Source: an uncultured bacterium
Lineage (GTDB): Bacteria; Elusimicrobiota; Elusimicrobia; Elusimicrobiales; Elusimicrobiaceae
Direction of reading: 5' to 3'
Assembly (NCBI GenBank): GCA_949297775.1
Contig: CASFTM010000005.1
Coordinates: 26,605-90,604, forward strand
Length of the DNA: 64,000 nucleotides
Shown in pieces: positions 1 through 8,157 of the stretch. A program made the position numbers and the translations under genes. The notes below the pieces were generated by a model. It made no database searches. It was not told the DNA's origin and was given only the letters and a program-made list of their open reading frames with translations. Positions within the stretch are counted from its first letter, which is position 1; every line of letters begins with the position of its first letter.

Positions 1-90
1 CTGATGTTGGGCGGCTTCTGATTTTTTCCCGCTATACAAAGCATATTTTGTACAATAATAGAGTACCCTTTAAATTATAAGGAGAACCCA

Positions 91-1404
91 ATGACTTCAG
101 AAGTAGCAACCGTTAAAACCGAAAAGCAGCCCACCGGTTTATACATTTTGTTTCTGACCGAAATGTGGGAACGCTTCAGCTACTACGCCATGCGCGGTAT
201 TCTGGTGCTGTATTTGATTAAAGTTATGCAGTTTTCAGAATCGCACGCCAGCAAAATTTACGGCGCAGTAACCAGCCTTATTTACCTCAGCCCCTTACTG
301 GGCGGCTATATTGCCGACCGTTTTTGGGGCCAAAGACGTGCCATTATCGTGGGCGGCATTTTAATTGCCTTGGGCCAATTTGCCATCGCCTCCAACCCGA
401 CGCTGTCCTTTTTGTACACGGGGCTTTTCCTGCTGGTACTGGGGAACGGCCTGTTCAAGCCGAACATCTCTACTATCGTCGGCGAACTCTATGAAACCAA
501 CGACCCCCGCCGCGACGCCGGGTTTACCATTTTTTATATGGGCATCAACCTGGGTGCGTTTATCTGTAACTTTGTAGCGGGTACACTGGCCGAAAAAATT
601 GGTTTTGGCTGGGGTTTTGCCGCCGCCGGCGTGGGTATGATTGCCGGTTTGTGTGTGTTTATCTGGGGTAAAGACAAATATCTCCAGGGACAGGGCAAAA
701 AACCCAAAAAATTAACCAAAGAAGAAAAATTGCAGCACCCCAATACGCCGCTGACCACTGCCGAAAAGCAGCGCATTTTGGTCATTTTCATTATGGCGTT
801 TTTCAGCATTTTCTTCTGGTCCGCTTTTGAACAAGCCGGCGCTTCGCTGACGATTTTCGCCGAAAAATTTACCAACCGCTTTATCTTCGGTTGGGAAATG
901 CCGACCTCTTGGTTCCAGAGCGTCAACCCGATGTTTATTATCCTGTTTGCGCCGCTTTTCTCCAAGCTGTGGCTGAAACTGGCCAAAAAAGGGCTGGAAC
1001 CTTCCACCCCGGCTAAGTTCGTATGGGCGTTTATGTCGCTGGCGTTTGGGTTCTTAATCCTGGTTGTTGCGTCTTATGTTCTGCAGACCACCGGGGCGAA
1101 AGTAGGTATTTTCTGGCTGGTATTTGCGTATATGTTCCACACGACGGGTGAATTATGCTTGTCCCCGGTGGGGCTGTCGCTGGTAACCAAGCTGGCGCCT
1201 TTGCGCTTTGCGTCCTTGTTAATGGGTACCTGGTTCCTGGCCAACGCGCTGGCGAACTTTACCGCCGGTTTCTATTCCGGTTACTTCGGGCACATCAGCA
1301 ACATTCAGTTCTTTACGTGGCTGGTCGTAATGCCGGTGTGCGGCGGACTCATCCTGCTGTCCATCAAGAAGTACGTCATCAAATGGATGAACGGTATCCA
1401 ATAA
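91..1404 (+). CDS. POT/PTR-family proton-dependent oligopeptide MFS transporter
   Basis: ExxERFxYY motif (TEMWERFSYY), GNGLFKPN motif, many TM helices; AGGAG RBS. Confidence 0.93.
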   Translation: MTSEVATVKTEKQPTGLYILFLTEMWERFSYYAMRGILVLYLIKVMQFSESHASKIYGAVTSLIYLSPLLGGYIADRFWGQRRAIIVGGILIALGQFAIASNPTLSFLYTGLFLLVLGNGLFKPNISTIVGELYETNDPRRDAGFTIFYMGINLGAFICNFVAGTLAEKIGFGWGFAAAGVGMIAGLCVFIWGKDKYLQGQGKKPKKLTKEEKLQHPNTPLTTAEKQRILVIFIMAFFSIFFWSAFEQAGASLTIFAEKFTNRFIFGWEMPTSWFQSVNPMFIILFAPLFSKLWLKLAKKGLEPSTPAKFVWAFMSLAFGFLILVVASYVLQTTGAKVGIFWLVFAYMFHTTGELCLSPVGLSLVTKLAPLRFASLLMGTWFLANALANFTAGFYSGYFGHISNIQFFTWLVVMPVCGGLILLSIKKYVIKWMNGIQ

Positions 1405-1419
1405 GTATTTTACTACCGC

Positions 1420-1449
1420 AAAACCCCGCCTAACCGGCGGGGTTTTTTG
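1420..1449 (+). terminator. Intrinsic terminator (likely bidirectional)
   Basis: AAAACCCCGCC-taacc-GGCGGGGTTTT followed by T-run, between convergent genes. Confidence 0.8.
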
Positions 1450-1468
1450 TGGTATAGTTAATTCCGCC

Positions 1469-1996
1469 TTACAAACCCGACTTGCACAATTGGGTCCCCA
1501 AATCCGTTTTCCCCGTACAAGTAGTCTTGCCGGGATAAGAAGATTGATCCAGCCACACCGTATAGGAAAAATCAGCTTTTTCCAAACACGCTCCAAAGCT
1601 CAGTGTTTTGGCAAATGTCGGGCAATATAGCACACTCAAATATGCACTGCCCGGGGAAGCAGTATTATTTACACCTAGTAAAGGGTCCAACTGAAAGTCG
1701 TCGTCACAGACAAGCAAATCCCCCTGCAAAACAGAACAACTGGGGAATGCAATATCCATTTGCTGGATATCAACCGTATATTCCCCATTTGCCATATAAT
1801 AGGCTTCTTCCGCCGCCTTAAATTGCGCCGCAATTTGGCGCATATTGGCAAAGCGGGATTTTAATACCGCCAGTTGGTATTGCGGCAAAGCAATAGCCGC
1901 CAGGATACCAATGATTAAAACGACCACTAATAGTTCTATTAGCGTAAATCCGGCGTTTTCCCCCGCCGGGAAGGATTTTTGATAAATTTTGCTCAT
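1469..1996 (-). CDS. Type IV pilin-like (PilE-like) protein, palindrome class, copy 1
   Basis: Class III signal ENAG|[25 protein letters not shown]-terminal Cys pair; start placed at the ATG inside the inverted repeat. Confidence 0.9.
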   Translation of the reverse strand: MSKIYQKSFPAGENAGFTLIELLVVVLIIGILAAIALPQYQLAVLKSRFANMRQIAAQFKAAEEAYYMANGEYTVDIQQMDIAFPSCSVLQGDLLVCDDDFQLDPLLGVNNTASPGSAYLSVLYCPTFAKTLSFGACLEKADFSYTVWLDQSSYPGKTTCTGKTDLGTQLCKSGL

Positions 1997-2030
1997 AGCC
2001 AAAATTTATCAAAAAAAAAAAACAAATCAA
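1976..2030 (-). promoter_or_regulatory. Pilin start-site element copy 1: 16-bp IR, T12 tract, -35 TTGATT / -10 TAAATT
   Basis: Arms 1976-1991 and 2000-2015, spacer CTCATAGC, A12 at 2011-2022 on + strand; repeated at 4 other loci. Confidence 0.8.
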
Positions 2031-2188
2031 GGGGCGGGGCGCCCCTCCCCTCTTTTTACCCGTCAACGCGATTAGTTTAGGCCACACTGTTTGGGCACTG
2101 TCGCGCCCTTGCGTAACGGCCCAGAGGCTGGGCTCCCCACTCTATACCCGTTAGCGCGCTTAGCCTAGGCCACGCTGTTCCCGCACTG
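2031..2188. repeat. Pilin-upstream mosaic repeat (hairpin modules plus two 44-bp units)
   Basis: Segments shared with 14310-14379, 21379-21422 and 37508-37577. Confidence 0.75.
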
Positions 2189-2346
2189 CCGCTCTCCTAC
2201 GAAACAGCCCCAAACAGGGCCCCTGCCTACACCGCTCACACAACTGGCGGAACCGTACACTTATCCACAAACTGCGTAGTGCCCCATATAAAATGCCGCG
2301 GGGGCCTAGAGGCCCCGCAGACAAATGGTTATTGATAGCGTTTTGC

Positions 2347-2799
2347 TTATTCTTCGGGCATTTCCGTTTCGGGTTCTTCGGCCGGCTCTATGTGTAAAGA
2401 CGCCAGCAGCATATCCACCAATCGGATATCGCTGGGGTATTGCACCAACTCGCGCGCTTTTAGCAAAGAAACCCAGCGTATCGCCAAAATTTCGGAAGCG
2501 TCGTGCTTGCCGATGCGGCCCAGCTTTTTCATCAAATACCACTGCACCATTTTTTTGACGTAATTGCCCTGGAACGTAAAAGCATATTTCACCCGAATCA
2601 TCGGCCGGACGATAACGGCTTTGTAGCCGGTTTCTTCCAGCACTTCGCGCAGGGCGGCCTGCCGGGGCGTTTCGCCCGCTTCAATATGGCCTTTGGGGAA
2701 GGTCCAAATCTTTTTCCCCTTCATATTTTTGACTTGCACGAGCAACACTTTCCGCCCGTCCAAAATCACGCCGCCGCACGAAAATTCGGAAACGATCAT
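2347..2799 (-). CDS. NUDIX hydrolase
   Basis: Nudix box GHIEAGETPRQAALREVLEETG. Confidence 0.92.
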   Translation of the reverse strand: MIVSEFSCGGVILDGRKVLLVQVKNMKGKKIWTFPKGHIEAGETPRQAALREVLEETGYKAVIVRPMIRVKYAFTFQGNYVKKMVQWYLMKKLGRIGKHDASEILAIRWVSLLKARELVQYPSDIRLVDMLLASLHIEPAEEPETEMPEE

Positions 2800-4211
2800 A
2801 TGCTTTTCTCTAAGTTATACGCCGCGTTGAGAATTTTTTCCTCTTTCAAAATCGGTCCGTAGAACTGCACGCCGATCGGCAGGCCTTTTTCGTCCTTGCC
2901 GAACGGCACGCTGATCCCCGCCAGTCCGCCAATGTTACCCTGGCACGTGTACAAATCCGCCAGGTACAGCGCCAGCGGGTCCTCGTCGTGCTGGCCCAGT
3001 TTCAAAGCCGTCGTGGGCGAGGTCGGTGTCAGGAGGACGTCCACTTGCTCAAACGCTTTTTTAAAGTCATCGCGGATCAGTTCGCGCACTTTCATCGCTT
3101 TTAAAAAGCATTCTTCGTATCTTTCCGAAGTCAGCGCGTAAGTGCCGATAATCAAGCGTTTTTTTACTTCCAGCCCGAACGGCGCGCGGGAGCCTTCGTA
3201 ATAGGTGTTTAAATCTTTGGCTTCGTTGTCGGCATATCCGTAGCGGATGCCGTCATAACGGCCCAGGTTAGAGCTGGCCTCCGCGCTGGTAATGATATAG
3301 TAGCACGGCGCCGCATATTTAGCCAACGGGACTTCCACTTCCACCAGCTCAGCGCCCAATTCTTTTAAGCGCGCGGCGGCTTGGTTCATCTTTTCGGTAA
3401 TATCTTGGCCCAAGCCGTCCAAAAATCCTATGGGAAGGCCCACTTTTACGCCTTTTAACCCATCGGTGAACAAGGTGTCGTAGGCGGGCACGGGAGCGTC
3501 CAACGAAGTGGAATCGTGCACGTCTTTTCCGGCGATGACTTCCAACACTTTCGCCGAGTCCGCCACCGTGCGGGCCAAAATGCCCACTTGGTCGGCGCTG
3601 GACGCAAACGCAATCACGCCGTAGCGGGAAATGCGCCCGTAGCCGGGCTTAATGCCTACAACGCCGCAAAAGCCGGCCGGCTGGCGCACGGAACCGCCCG
3701 TATCCGTCCCAAGCGCAACGGGCACCATCCCCGCCGCCACCGCGGCTGCACTCCCGCCGGAAGAACCGCCGGGAACGCATTCCAAATTAACCGGGTTTTT
3801 AACGGGGCCGTACACGGAAGTTTGGTTCGTGCTGCCCATGGCAAATTCGTCCATATTGGCGCGCCCGATGATCACGGCGTCCGCCGCCAGCAGTTTTTCC
3901 ACCACGGTAGACGTATAAGACGCTACATAATTTTCCAGCATTTTGGAACAACAGGTGGCTTTGTGCCCTTTGTACAAAATGTTATCCTTAATCGCCACCG
4001 GCACGCCGGCTAAGGCGCCCAGTTTTTCGCCGCGGGCGCGTTTGGCGTCTATTTCTTTGGCGCGGGCCAACGCGTCGGCTTCAAACACTTCCACCAGCGC
4101 ATTAATAGAGGGGTTAAGTTCGGCAATTTTAGCCAGCGACTGGCGGGTAATCTGTTCGGCGGTTTGTTCGCCGGAAGAAACGGCTTTTACAATTTCCAAA
4201 GCGGTCATCAT
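2796..4211 (-). CDS. gatA: Asp/Glu-tRNA amidotransferase subunit A
   Basis: Amidase signature GGSSGGSAAAVAAG, GTDTGGSVRQP; next to gatC. Confidence 0.96.
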   Translation of the reverse strand: MMTALEIVKAVSSGEQTAEQITRQSLAKIAELNPSINALVEVFEADALARAKEIDAKRARGEKLGALAGVPVAIKDNILYKGHKATCCSKMLENYVASYTSTVVEKLLAADAVIIGRANMDEFAMGSTNQTSVYGPVKNPVNLECVPGGSSGGSAAAVAAGMVPVALGTDTGGSVRQPAGFCGVVGIKPGYGRISRYGVIAFASSADQVGILARTVADSAKVLEVIAGKDVHDSTSLDAPVPAYDTLFTDGLKGVKVGLPIGFLDGLGQDITEKMNQAAARLKELGAELVEVEVPLAKYAAPCYYIITSAEASSNLGRYDGIRYGYADNEAKDLNTYYEGSRAPFGLEVKKRLIIGTYALTSERYEECFLKAMKVRELIRDDFKKAFEQVDVLLTPTSPTTALKLGQHDEDPLALYLADLYTCQGNIGGLAGISVPFGKDEKGLPIGVQFYGPILKEEKILNAAYNLEKSI

Positions 4212-4212
4212 A

Positions 4213-4494
4213 TTACAATACCTTTTTTACTTTAGCGCACTGGTCCTGTTCTTGGTCAAATGCGCCGCGCAGTTCGGCGGCGAGGGCCGGATTGGTGACA
4301 GCCACATCCGGGCGGATGTGCGCACAGTGGTTTACGTTACGCAGCCGGACGGAATCCGTATTCACGGCGGAAAGTTCCTTCACCCATTTAAACAGGGCTT
4401 CCAGCTGTTCTTGGTAAATGGCGGCTTCCTGCCCGCTCACCCGCATTTTGGCAAGTTTGGCGGCCAGCTCTACGTCTTTTTTAGTTATTTCCAT
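4213..4494 (-). CDS. gatC: Asp/Glu-tRNA amidotransferase subunit C
   Basis: MEITKKDVELAAKLAK, about 93 aa, directly upstream of gatA; start moved to the ATG after AAGGAG. Confidence 0.88.
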   Translation of the reverse strand: MEITKKDVELAAKLAKMRVSGQEAAIYQEQLEALFKWVKELSAVNTDSVRLRNVNHCAHIRPDVAVTNPALAAELRGAFDQEQDQCAKVKKVL

Positions 4495-4610
4495 AAATAG
4501 AATACTCCTTCTGAAAGTATATTTTATATAATAATGGGGCCGTTTGGCTACCATTCCGCCCGTTCCTAAAACGCCTACGGAAAAACGCCTGCGGCAGGGG
4601 GGTTGTATAT

Positions 4611-4970
4611 ATGACGGAAGAAATCAAACACAAAGAACCGACGCAAAGCCAAAAGCGCGACGATTACCGCAACAATTTAAACGGCGGCGAATACATCAAC
4701 AGCCATTTTACGCTGTCTATTATCGCGGTCATCTTATCGTGCTTTACGGGGTTTTTTACGATACCGATTGCCCTGGCGGCGCTGATTTTATCGCTGCGGG
4801 CGCAGGATTGGGCGCGCGCTGACCGCCTGGAAGAAGCCCAGCGCGTAGCGTGGTGGGCCGCCTTTTGCGGCTGGCTGACGATACTTATTGCGGTAATCCC
4901 GCTGTTGTTTATTATTTTCTTTGGCGGCACGATTATCGCCTTCTTAACGGCCATGCTGGCCGCCGCCTGA
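4611..4970 (+). CDS. CD225/dispanin-like membrane protein
   Basis: Two hydrophobic segments with INSHFTLSIIAVILSC...ALILSLRAQ pattern typical of the family (by eye). Confidence 0.6.
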   Translation: MTEEIKHKEPTQSQKRDDYRNNLNGGEYINSHFTLSIIAVILSCFTGFFTIPIALAALILSLRAQDWARADRLEEAQRVAWWAAFCGWLTILIAVIPLLFIIFFGGTIIAFLTAMLAAA

Positions 4971-4985
4971 TTTAAGGCAACCGGC

Positions 4986-5014
4986 AAAAAGCCCCGGGAT
5001 TACCGGGGCTTTTT
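4986..5014. terminator. Bidirectional intrinsic terminator
   Basis: AAAAAGCCCCGG-gatta-CCGGGGCTTTTT between convergent genes. Confidence 0.85.
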
Positions 5015-5017
5015 GGT

Positions 5018-5539
5018 TTAGGAGTCTAAATTCATAGACTTACACAAATAATTGCCTAAATCGGTATAACCGGTGCATTCCTCTACATTGGGATAAGAAG
5101 AATGTTGCAGCCATAAACTGATGGTGGCATCGCATCCAGAAAAAAGGTTGCCTCCTATCCCGCGGGAATGATAAAAAATTCTTACGCGGTTGGCCCCGGC
5201 CACCGCATTGGGGCCGGTAATATTTGCCACATAAGCAAAAGGGCAATCCAACCGATGATCTGCTGAATCCAGTTCGCACACTTGGGTATAGTCTACATCC
5301 AAATCTTCCACCGGGATTGAATATTTTCCATTTGCCAAGTAATACATTTCCTGCGCCCGGCGAATACCCTGCGCCATTTGGTAATAATTCATTAGCCTCG
5401 TTTTCTGCACGGCGCGTTGGTATTGAGGAAGCGCTACCGCCGACAAAATACCAATGATTAAAACAACTACTAACAATTCTATTAGCGTAAATCCGGCGTT
5501 TTTCTTAGCCGGGAAGGGTTTTTGATAAATTTTGGTCAT
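5018..5539 (-). CDS. Type IV pilin-like protein, palindrome class, copy 2
   Basis: KNAG|[24 protein letters not shown]; C-terminal CTGYTDLGNYLC. Confidence 0.9.
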   Translation of the reverse strand: MTKIYQKPFPAKKNAGFTLIELLVVVLIIGILSAVALPQYQRAVQKTRLMNYYQMAQGIRRAQEMYYLANGKYSIPVEDLDVDYTQVCELDSADHRLDCPFAYVANITGPNAVAGANRVRIFYHSRGIGGNLFSGCDATISLWLQHSSYPNVEECTGYTDLGNYLCKSMNLDS

Positions 5540-5573
5540 AGCCAAAATTTATCAAAAAAAAAAAACGAGTCAA
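5519..5573 (-). promoter_or_regulatory. Pilin start-site element copy 2 (-35 TTGACT, T12, -10 TAAATT, IR)
   Basis: Arms 5519-5534 and 5543-5558, spacer GTCATAGC, A12 at 5554-5565. Confidence 0.8.
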
Positions 5574-5614
5574 GGCCCTTCAGCCAAGACCCGTTTTCAA
5601 ATAAAAAGACAGCC

Positions 5615-8092
5615 TTACAGCAATTCCAGCGGGGCGAATTTAAGCATAAACGTACGCCGCACGCCGTTGCCGAACAGCACGGTGATTTTGGCACTGTCGC
5701 CCGAACCGGCTACCGCCACAATTTTGCCCTGCCCAAACACGCCGTGCTTCACCAGCCCGCCTACCACAGGTTCCCCCGCTTTTTGGGAAGGCGCTTTATC
5801 CGGTGCGCCGCCCGACGACGGAGCGGAAGCGGGCGAAGCGGGTTTGGCAAAAGCGGGCCGCGCATATAACGAGCCTATGCCGGACGAACCGCCGTAGGAA
5901 GAAGAGGTATAATCCAAATCGTCGTCTTCCTGTATTTCGTAGCCGTCCTCGTCGTAGCGTTTTTGAAAGCGGCTCTTGGAGGCGTAGCCCTCAAACGGTT
6001 GGTAGCGGTTGGCGCCGAAATTGTTTTTGCCGCGGGCATACCCGCCGCCATAGTGCCCGCCCGAATACGAACCGCCGGCACCGGCGCCGTACAAGCCGTA
6101 TTTGGAACGGTAATCCGTATAGCGCGGCTGCACGCGGGACTCCTGCACCTCGTTTTCATCCAACAGGCCGCTTTCAAACAAAAAGCGCGAAGGCAGTGCG
6201 TCCTGCAGCTGGCCGAATTTGCGGCGCGTGCGGGCATAGGTTAAAAAGAGCTTTTCGCGGGCGCGGGTCATCGCTACGTAACACAGGCGGCGTTCTTCTT
6301 CCAAATCGTCCTCGTTGTCGCGCCCGATGGGGAAGAGGTTTTCCTCCAGCCCGGTTACAAAGACATTGTTAAATTCCAATCCTTTCGCCAGGTGGACGGT
6401 CATCAAGGTAACGGCGCCGTTTTCGTCCGCTTGGGAATCGTCCTCGCCGGACAAAAGAGAAATTTCCTGCAAAAAATCCGCCACGGACGGTTCCTTTTCC
6501 CCTTTATGGCAGCGGTCCTCATATTCTTTGACGGCGTTGATTAACGCGTCCAAGTTCTGCAGGCGGCTTTCGGCTTCGGGGTCTTTTTCCAATTCGGCTT
6601 TTACGGCATCTTCGTAGCCTGATTCCACCAGAATTTTACGAAAGATATCCGCCGGATCCGTCAACAGCATATCACCGCGCCAATTTTTAAACAGCTGCAC
6701 CAGCTTCGCCGCCGCCTTTATCGCGCCGGAGGTTAACCCCGGCACATACGCCGCCTGGTTAAGGGCTTCGTACAGCGAAATTTGTTTTTCTTCCGCATGC
6801 GCCAGCAAGCGGTCCTGCGCCACTTTGCCCAGGCCGCGGGTGGGCGTATTAATAATACGCAGCAAACTGACGTTATCGGCCGGGTTAACCAAAATGCGCG
6901 CATAGCACATAATGTCTTTAATTTCTTTGCGGTCGTAGAAGCGGACCGTCCCTACCAAGCGGTACGGAATTTGGTAGCGGCGGAAATATTCTTCAAAACT
7001 GCGGCTTTGTGCGTTGGTGCGGTAGAAGACGGCTATTTCTTTTAAGCTGGCACCTTCGTCCACCAGGGCTTTGATGTTTTGGCTGACCCAGCGCGCTTCG
7101 TCCCCCTCGCTTAACAGTTCGCGCACTTCAATCGGGTCGCCCTGGGATTTATCGGTAAAGAGATTTTTTTCCTTACGCTTTTTATTTTTGGTAATCAAGC
7201 GGTTGGACGCGTCCAAAATAACTTTGGTGGAGCGGTAATTCTGCTCCAGCGTGATGACTTTGGCATCCTGAAAATCTTTTTCAAATTCCAAGATATTGCG
7301 GATGTTCGCACCGCGCCACGAATAAATGCTCTGGTCCGGATCCCCCACTACGCACAGCTTGCGGTGTTTGGCGGCAAGCATTTTGGTAATTAGATATTGG
7401 GTATGGTTGGTGTCCTGGTATTCGTCCACCAAAATATACTGGAAAAAGTCCTGGTAATAGGTGCGGATGTCCTCGTGGTCGCGCAGCAGAACGACGGTTT
7501 TAACCAGCAAATCCCCGAAATCCAGCGCGCCCGCTTCTTTGAGTTTTTGCTCGTAACGGCGGTACACTTCCGCGGCGCGGATTTTGAAATCCAACCCGCT
7601 GGCGGTGGCGCTTTGCATCATCGTATCGGGCGTGACCATATCGTCCTTGGCGCGGGAAATTAAGCCGACGATTTGGTTGATTTCTTTCTTCGGGTCTTTA
7701 ATGCCCATTTGCTCCAAAATCAGGCTGACGACTTTCTTTTGGTCGGAATCGTCGTAAATGGCAAAATCGCGCGAGAGGCCAAGCGCCTCCGCATTTTGAC
7801 GCAGGATGCGCACGCCAAACGAGTGGAATGTGTGTATCCACACGCGGCGCCCGCAGCCGGGCTCCAGCGCTTCCACGCGTTCGCGCATTTCCTGGGCGGC
7901 TTTGTTGGTAAACGTAACGGCCAAAATGCGGGCCGGGTGACAGCCGTCCGCAATCAGTTTGGCGATTTTGGTTGTAAGCGTTTTGGTTTTGCCGGTGCCG
8001 GCGCCCGCCACAATTAAACACGGGCCTTCCGTATAATTAACGGCTTCCAGCTGTTGGGGGTTTAATGATTGTAAAGCTTCTTGCAAGTCCAT
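5615..8092 (-). CDS. pcrA: UvrD/PcrA DNA helicase
   Basis: AGAGTGKT, VDEYQD, EQNYRS, LMTVHLAKGLEF, EERRLCYVAMTRA motifs; Tudor-like C-terminus. Confidence 0.96.
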   Translation of the reverse strand: MDLQEALQSLNPQQLEAVNYTEGPCLIVAGAGTGKTKTLTTKIAKLIADGCHPARILAVTFTNKAAQEMRERVEALEPGCGRRVWIHTFHSFGVRILRQNAEALGLSRDFAIYDDSDQKKVVSLILEQMGIKDPKKEINQIVGLISRAKDDMVTPDTMMQSATASGLDFKIRAAEVYRRYEQKLKEAGALDFGDLLVKTVVLLRDHEDIRTYYQDFFQYILVDEYQDTNHTQYLITKMLAAKHRKLCVVGDPDQSIYSWRGANIRNILEFEKDFQDAKVITLEQNYRSTKVILDASNRLITKNKKRKEKNLFTDKSQGDPIEVRELLSEGDEARWVSQNIKALVDEGASLKEIAVFYRTNAQSRSFEEYFRRYQIPYRLVGTVRFYDRKEIKDIMCYARILVNPADNVSLLRIINTPTRGLGKVAQDRLLAHAEEKQISLYEALNQAAYVPGLTSGAIKAAAKLVQLFKNWRGDMLLTDPADIFRKILVESGYEDAVKAELEKDPEAESRLQNLDALINAVKEYEDRCHKGEKEPSVADFLQEISLLSGEDDSQADENGAVTLMTVHLAKGLEFNNVFVTGLEENLFPIGRDNEDDLEEERRLCYVAMTRAREKLFLTYARTRRKFGQLQDALPSRFLFESGLLDENEVQESRVQPRYTDYRSKYGLYGAGAGGSYSGGHYGGGYARGKNNFGANRYQPFEGYASKSRFQKRYDEDGYEIQEDDDLDYTSSSYGGSSGIGSLYARPAFAKPASPASAPSSGGAPDKAPSQKAGEPVVGGLVKHGVFGQGKIVAVAGSGDSAKITVLFGNGVRRTFMLKFAPLELL

Positions 8093-8157
8093 AAATCTTC
8101 CTACTTGCGCGGCGGAGGCCGCGCTTAAATTTGCGGGGCGGTTGCCCCCGGAAAAGG

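Noticed and set aside
1976-2022. Palindrome plus T-run as an intrinsic terminator
   Set aside because: The T-run precedes the hairpin on the coding strand, the stem is AT-rich and it overlaps the start codon.
2057-2188. Repeat-spacer-repeat as a mini CRISPR array
   Set aside because: Only two degenerate units, the spacer is itself a repeated module, and no cas genes are in the window.
2261-2269. Perfect DnaA box TTATCCACA
   Set aside because: Single copy, no cluster or AT-rich unwinding element, no dnaA/dnaN nearby; not evidence for oriC.
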